Of a stretch of DNA of 64,000 nucleotides, positions 56,601 through 64,000 are shown piece after piece. A program made the position numbers and the translations under genes. The notes beneath the pieces were generated by a model. The model saw only the letters and a program-made list of their open reading frames with translations, made no database searches and was not told the origin of the DNA. The DNA comes from Trichoplax sp. H2 (lineage: Eukaryota): contig NOWV01000020.1 in assembly GCA_003344405.1 (NCBI GenBank), forward strand, positions 124,001 to 188,000. Reading direction: 5' to 3'. Numbering within the stretch: the first letter of the stretch is position 1; the number at the start of each line of letters is the position of its first letter.

Positions 56601-59600
56601 CTAAAGCGCTCCTGAGATTGATGACCATTAGAAATCCTAGAGAGATTCTAATGTGAGCATTATCTATAAATTTAAAGCACCTATAGTTCTCAATCTAAGA
56701 AGTAGATTGAACTTCAAACGATGTGACGGAAAAAAATCATAGAAAGCATATAAAGTCTTCTAATTACCTACTCGAGTACAAATAATTACTAATCGTAACT
56801 ATTGGAATCAAAAAAAACTGGAGTGACTATCAATGTGTTGTATTTATGGTTGTACTCCGTGTGAAAAATTCTAAGCAGTACCAACTGAAGCGGCCCATTT
56901 TTATTTAATTCTATCCACTGATAGTGGATCTCAAAGTCCACAATCCACATGAACGCCCATAGCGTAGATTTAACGGACGATGCCTTATATTATATTGAAA
57001 ATAACGAAAATACGTTAAATTCCATATTAAGTATGAGATCTAAATTTTCAGTATTTAATCTAACATTATTGCTATCTTTAAAATTCTTTAGAGTCCCAAT
57101 ATTGAATACCATAATGTATATAAATAATAATATTATTTACTGGCTCCCTTTCAAATAAGACATTTGCCAACAAGACCATATTAGTTTCGTTGCTATACAT
57201 GGTAAAGACATACGATTGTAGCACTTATTAAACTAAACTTGTCGTTAATTTTTAATCGATATGGAATGTTAAGTAAAGAGTAGCCAAAGCAGCTGGATTA
57301 CATCATTTCAGATTATGACATATATGCTTATAAATCATCACATAAATGGATATTATAATATACAGTGCTGGATAAGGTCAAAATATTTGGAATATTCCGA
57401 TGTTTGAACTGTATTGCGTAATAAATAAGAAGAACAGTATTTTTAGTTACGTTCTTTACACATTTTTACCTACACTATACTGTATAATCACTGCTGATAA
57501 AGTTGTAAATAGACTCGGTTATTGTATGAAAACGGTTTAAATCAGGTGAATGACAATATTGCTACATTAGTAACAGACTCCATTTATCTTGTTATAGGGT
57601 AAGGCTTTTCCCAAATACAATAAGGAAGACAGTAATTTTTAATTATAATTTGTACACATTGTACCTACTGCCCTGTATAAACGCTTCTAATGAAATTGTA
57701 AATAGATTCCGCTATTATACAAAAACTGCTTAAAAAAGGTAAATGACAAAATTACGATATTATTAACAGACTCCATTTATCTTTTTACAGGGTAGGCGTA
57801 TTCCATCGCAAGATCTTACTATCCGAAAAGACTCCGATCCTTTATTAATACATTCTTCACAAAGCATTAGATTAAAGAATAAAGAATGCTATAACCTTAT
57901 ATCATCCTACACAAAAGATACAAAATTAGAACAAACTAGCAATTCTGAAAAAGATATGCAAGAACCGACGACAACTATAAGTGATGTAGCTGGACTTGAA
58001 AAAAGTTGTAACATTGATGCTTATGTAGGGCTAATACCGATAAATGTCAATGCTGGTAGAAAATTCAAAATTCAATTCGAAAGAAATTCTGATACCGAAA
58101 ATAAAACATTGTTAAAGCACCCATTGAAGGTGGATCAACGTGAAGGAATGTATGTCAAATTACTTTCTACTAATCTGAATGGAGCTCCTTTTAAAGACTT
58201 GGAAAAATCTACTGATTACAAGCTTGAACTTGGATCAAATTATAGCACCACTAGTAGTTCTCGTTCTACTCATTGCACAGAATATAGCAACAGTCAAGAT
58301 GACAATTACAGTGAAACCAGTAGCGCTATTAGTACTGAGAATAGTTTAAGTAACAAAGAGTCAAGTAATCATAAGATAATGAAAGAGACTTCGAATGGTG
58401 CCAGCGTAGATACTTTACCGCCGCGAAAAGCTAGTGTTACTGCTCGTGCAATTGTTTCCGCTTTATCGACATCCGATAAGAAAAGACATGTAACAACAGA
58501 GGATAAGACTTCGTTTTCAGATCGTATAGCTAAGTTAGAAAATAAAAACGTTTCCGATAATAATATATTTCAAAGTAAACTACGACCAAAAAATCGATAC
58601 AATAATGATGTAGTCGAAGATGATAAGAAAAAAACTAGCCAAGATCAGGCTGTAAAATCAGATACCTCTAAAGTAAATAAAAAATATAAATTCACAGATT
58701 GCGGACCAAAGCTATTTTCTCAAAGACAGCACTTACCTAAGAGAAGAGCGAAAAAGTTATCGCCCTCAAAAACAGGTGTTTCTAGTTTAATACAATCAAA
58801 ACCGCGGTCTGATCAATTGGTATGGAAAAATACTATTAGTCAAGGTAAAAGCTCGAACGTTAAACGATCGAAGACAAATAAAACAACCTCTGTCACAACA
58901 ACTAACACAGGTAGGAAATTTTAGGTATTTTTAATCACAATCTTTAATAATAATTACGTTCGAAGGGATAATTGATTTGGTATTGATGTTGATAACCTTA
59001 TAAACAAACATGTTAATAACCATATTATTGTGATAGATAAAGAACGTTATTACATTACATTGATACTTTTAAATTAACTTTTATGTGTGTGCTAAATTGT
59101 TAATATTTATGATCAAAAAGCTGAGCGGTTTGCTATTTATCCAATAGCTGATAATGTTAATAACGGAGAAGCTAGTCATTCCCGTTATTCGAAGATAATG
59201 AAGAATAAGAATAAGGTAAGGCATTATTATGATAATACAAAAGTTCCTGTTTAATCCGCAAATTTGCTTTATTAATATTTGCGTAATGACGGAACTCTAA
59301 GAGGTTAATATTTTGGGTATTAGGCAAGTAAGCGGTGTTGGATAGGAATTGGAAAACCAGTGACTATAGCTTCTCTGGTAAGTTTATTATTCTACAATAA
59401 CTGGCAAGTCTTATTTTAAAGCAGAGTTTATAATTTGTAAAAAGATTTTTAAACACTACAGATGTTTAGACCATGGCTTGATAGGTTTTTAGAATAGAAT
59501 AGCTCTGTAGTACGTTATTGTATAATACTAAGTAGTCAATTTACTGTATGATTGTGGTTGTCTGTAAATGTAAGTAAAATCATGAATTAAACTCTTTATT

Positions 59601-60423
59601 GGTTTTATTACTACCAGAACGGATCTCATTGTAAGCGATACTACACAAGCATGAGAAATTTAGAAGAAAACTTGGTAATTATTTCGCCATTACTAATATT
59701 AGAACTGGATATCAATCTATTATTTCTATTAATTAATTATAAATTAATTTTTTAGCTAATTTCTGTAAAAGATAACGTCTTGTTACAATCGGGGCCTCGT
59801 AAAATTGATTTACCGTATATTGGAAGAGTTTTATCAATCTGGGAGAATACTGGTAAATGCAAAGCTTGTCATTATATAGTTCTCTTGTCGATATTGTACT
59901 AAACTACTGTAGGTATTGATGAATTAATTTTGAATTTTCGGATTGCTATAGAGTCAGATGATATAATGATCACCGTATTATGGTACTACAGGCCAGAGCA
60001 GACAGAAATAGGAAGATTGAATGGTTATCATGGTGAAAAAGAGCTACTTTCTTCTAGACACCAAGATGACAATAGTGCAAACTGCATTATTGATAAGTGT
60101 TACGTCCTAACATTTTCTGAATATTGCAGGTGAATGAAGAAAAATTTTTTCATTCCGTTGCGTGAGAAAAAGTGATATAGTACTGTTATGGCTTTAATAC
60201 AATTTTTGAGTACTGGTTGTTCTTTGATTCTCGTAGATTTCATGCTAAGCGTCGTTTGTACAATGAAAATGAAATATTAAGGAAAGCCTGTGCACATTAT
60301 TTCTTTCTTCATTCTGCAAGAAAAGGCATGTGTATGCCGAAGATTGATTGTGACCCTGATCATGTATATTTTAGCCGACATGCATATGATTATATGACAG
60401 GAAAAGTCTTAAAGAAACTCTAA
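53654..60423 (+). CDS. BAHD1: Bromo adjacent homology domain-containing protein 1
   Basis: C-terminal BAH exons read ISVKDNVLLQSGPRKIDLPYIGRVLSIWENT|ESDDIMITVLWYYRPEQ..LLSSRHQDDNSANCIIDKCYVLTFSEYCR|FHAKRR, matching BAHD1; large low-complexity exon at 57791-58910. The first exon (53654, MELPQRQQDEDIEK|gt) is phase-compatible but tentative. Confidence 0.85.
55975..56240. repeat. Diverged ~140-bp tandem duplication in a BAHD1 intron
   Basis: tctatca..actagtgg(c/t)aagttatacagac...gttactctagtgagaaacagagct occurs twice (~55978 and ~56119). Confidence 0.85.
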
Positions 60424-61008
60424 ATGTATGCAGTGAATCTCAATATGTTACTTTCCAAGATTGATGATTTTGTTCGAGATTGAAATCTACATGCATTGTG
60501 ACTAAATTATTACTTACTTAAATTACTCCGATCGATTACGTTTGATAAATTATTAGTCATAAATGACTTTATCTACACACTTTTGAATTAATTTGTATAT
60601 CCTATCGTAAACTTGAAGCAAGGATTGGAAAAATGATATCAAATTTTATTGAAGTGCTTTAATTGTTTGTCATTCAAAACGACAATGCCTTAGGAGTTTC
60701 AATTTTAGTTCCTTGAGTACGTTGAATGACTATCATAAAAAGTTAGTTCTGCTATAATTTTTTGTTCCAATTGATACATTCAGCTCGGAAATATTTTTAT
60801 ATAAGACTAACGGAAGAGGTGCGATCACCAATAGAGAACGCTTCACCAACGTTCCAATAAGAGATTTGCTTATATGATACACAGTTTACCAAGCATGCTT
60901 ATTGCTGTTTATATAAAATAATGGTGTACATCTATAACAGCAGTAAGCCATTATACTTTACATACAATATTGACAGCCAAGAAACACTAAAACCATGAGT
61001 TATTTTCA

Positions 61009-64000
61009 TCATTCGGCTTCGTCAGAATTGCCCATATCATCTTCTGTATCACCCGTACTTGAATATTGATCAAGCAACTGATCTTCATCCTAAGAAGTAG
61101 ATAATAAAACAATTACGACACCTTAACAGACGTACTAGCTATACAGTACAATGAAAAGCATAATTATGAACCTCAGATGATGATGACACTCCAATACTAA
61201 AATTTTCCGATTCGGTATCAGAGTCTAGAAGTGAAAGGAGATGATTAAAGTGCATAGAGAGTGCATACGAAGTATTTTCACAATTCAAAAATTTATAATC
61301 TAAATGAATTCTGATTTATACTGTACCTTCATAAATGTTTAATGGTGCGTACTGATCTTGGACGGTCGAATCTTGTTGAGTCTCCAACTACAATATTAAA
61401 GTAACTATGTAATGACTTATCAAATTAACCAATTGAAACAGAGCAAATGCTAACCTGAGTAAGCATAACTTCCAAGCGTCCTTCTAGTTGGGCTAGCTTA
61501 TTATAAGTCTGAACACGGCCTTCAATGAGAGTATATAAGGTTCCTAGCGTTTCCATTAAGTTTGGCAACTACATTGTACAATTATCACGTTACCAAAGTA
61601 ATTTTTAAAGTTGAATTGCGAATAAGAATTACTGCATTACAAAATTTAGAAGATTCCATACCGTAATCAAATAGGAGCTATGAACGGTAAATGCAGTCTT
61701 TAGCCATAATGTAAGATTGCCACTTCTACGCGTCAGATATAAGTAATAAAACCATTTTAAGTTATATGACATTTGCTAATGCATTCAAACAAAATTTTAC
61801 CTGTTTGGATTCGATTCAAAGCGCTTTATAACCTAACAAAAGAATGATAACATTTAACCACTGTACGAAAAGCCTACGCATCTAATAGAACTAAAATCAT
61901 GTTGCCTAATCTAATACCTCTTTTAAGAATGGCTGTATAAGAGTAATAGGAATTCTCTTAATAGTATTCCTTACAATTACTTCCTTATTATTTTGTAATA
62001 CGCTCTAATATGAAATTAAATGTAGGAATCAAAAAATGCATCATATCCTAAAGCTATTATCATTAAGTTATGAAGCAAATATCCCAAATCGTATAATCTT
62101 TTTGCTAGTAACAACTTACATCCAAAAGGCGACTATCCTGACTATGAACAGCTTGAATAAGCATTTGCGATAGAGAGTCAGCCGTTGGAAGGCTGCTAGC
62201 GCTATTTTTAAGATAGTATTTAGCATTTTGAGAAAAACTTCTGATTACAATACTGAACAGCGTAATTAGCATCAAGATATATGTAATTACCTATTTATGC
62301 GTGAATGTGTTTTTGTCGCATCTAGTCTCTCTTGGAAAGTAACCTAAGAGAAAAACCAACTGATAAGCCACTTAAGAAATACGTTACAGAAACAATCAAA
62401 GAATAGCATACCTCATGAGCAGATTCTTTAGTTGTCTTCGATTTCTTATTTACTGAAACATTACTTAACTTCATATTAACTGGCCCTATAATTTTGGCAT
62501 CTTTACTATTATTACCCTGAACCTAAATATTTAATACAACGTCGTTTACTTAATTGCTTTACACATTTTATACTAGTAAGCAAATAATTTTTATTTATGT
62601 TGTAGTACCGATGTCACAGTACCAGCTTTATCTCTACTTAGCAATAGATTTTTGGAATTATCACGAATTAAGCAGCAATGTGTTTCGCATTTGGTTATAT
62701 CCTATGGAAATTTTATAATTTAGATGTAATTTGTTAAATTTATTACTGGATTACTATTAACATGTTATATACAATCGCTTGTTAGTTATCATACCAAATC
62801 TTCGTAATTCGGATTTATAAGTGATCCATATGATATTTTTAACAGCTGTTCCTCAAGTGCTTCATCACAAAATTGAGCATTAAATATTGGGACAGGTAGT
62901 GGAGTTGAGTTCTATTACCATAAATATTACAACAGACAGCGTTAATTTAATAACAATTTTTTCCATGTAGATTAAAAACTTGTTGTCAAATACTATCAAA
63001 TGTCTATTTTACTTTATCTGCAGGTGTTACAATTTGTATTGAAGACGTAGGTGATACAGGCTTTTTCCGTTTGCTCCTATAAAAAATGCATGTATCGCAA
63101 CCAAGTTCACTATCAATTGTATTGATCATTTCAAATCAAATTTGAGAATATTATTTACAACTAACCCATTTAATGATATGTAATATATATGCAACTGGCC
63201 ATCCCTACAAACTGCAGCTATGGAAAGCTAGTCAAAAAATCAAAAATTGAATAAATTGTCATGAAATTTTTGTGCAAAACGATATTGAAAACAAAGTTCT
63301 ACTCCACAATCACCTCTTTTAACAATTTACAATCTAGACCAACAGAGTAATTCGTTAAGGCTAGCGTAGCCAAGGGGCTATGAACGCTGCTTTTTTCCGT
63401 AGACATTTGCCTATTAAAAAAAATGTAAATTCAAGGAGGTTCTTAATGCAAGTATCGAATCGATTGATGATAGCTAAATATATGATAAGTATTACTATAA
63501 TCACAATTGATTGTATCTTAAGTCTGCATTTATTAACTAATCATGTTTATACCAAATGTTTAGATATTTATCTCTTTCGGCACCAGATATAAAATATTCT
63601 GCATTAGAAGTTTTTTGAGATGGTAAGACTTTTAGGTATGCAACATCATTGATATGACCAGTATATTTCTGCAATGAAAGCAATAACGTCAACGTTTACT
63701 TTTAAGATGAGTTAGCTTATTTGAAATAATGGATATTTAACTCTTTAAACAAATTTTTATTCGAGCTGCAGGCATGCTGTATTCTAAGGCGTACGATAAG
63801 GCTATGAAATACTCATAATCTCATGTATGACTGATGTTTTGAAAGAACTGTACGACACTGTCATACTGTATTAATTTTTAGATAGTTTTTAACGACGTAG
63901 ATACTGAATATAGTAGATAGTATAAATTTGGTGTGATTACACATACCGTTAAAATCTGTTGAGTTTCTACATTCCATACTTTAATAGATCTTGAAGCTAA
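61009..64000 (-). CDS. WDR43: WD repeat protein 43 (Utp5); 5' part lies outside the window
   Basis: WD exons LASRSIKVWNVETQQILT|KYTGH..FISGAERDKYLNIW; Utp12-type domain PTADSLSQMLIQAVHSQD, IVRNTIKRIP, WLKTAFTVHSSYL, LAQLEGRLEVMLTQ; acidic tail ending at TGA 61009-61011. Confidence 0.9.

Noticed and set aside
61009..64000. Intronic C/D snoRNAs in WDR43 (a host gene in vertebrates)
   Set aside because: No convincing box C/box D pair with a terminal stem was seen in these introns.

Overview
AT-rich, intron-dense eukaryotic DNA from a compact animal genome. The gene content and short GT-AG introns suggest a placozoan (Trichoplax-like); this is inference. Nine spliced protein genes were reconstructed by hand: SNAP-25-like (+), YLPM1 (-), GPATCH2-like with an R3H-like domain (+), LAMP (-), ZC3H14 (+), group II PAK (-), CLASRP (+), BAHD1 (+) and the 3' part of WDR43 (-). 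There are several tandem repeats and three 20-N gaps with duplicated flanks. The most notable signal lies in the PAK-CLASRP intergenic region (~38960-40800, +): a non-coding, highly base-paired locus with the layout of an animal telomerase RNA. It has a perfect 12-bp long-range helix enclosing a long hairpin, a U-tract and a TAACCCTA template-like octamer, then a minisatellite, then a long-range helix / box H / hairpin / ACA 3' domain. Other observations include a TACAG/TACTG pentamer motif clustered at gene 5' ends, a GC-AG intron splitting the YLPM1 PP1-docking motif, a degenerate kinase Gly-loop, and a rearranged satellite with TTAGGG-like inserts. All calls are by eye; no searches were run.
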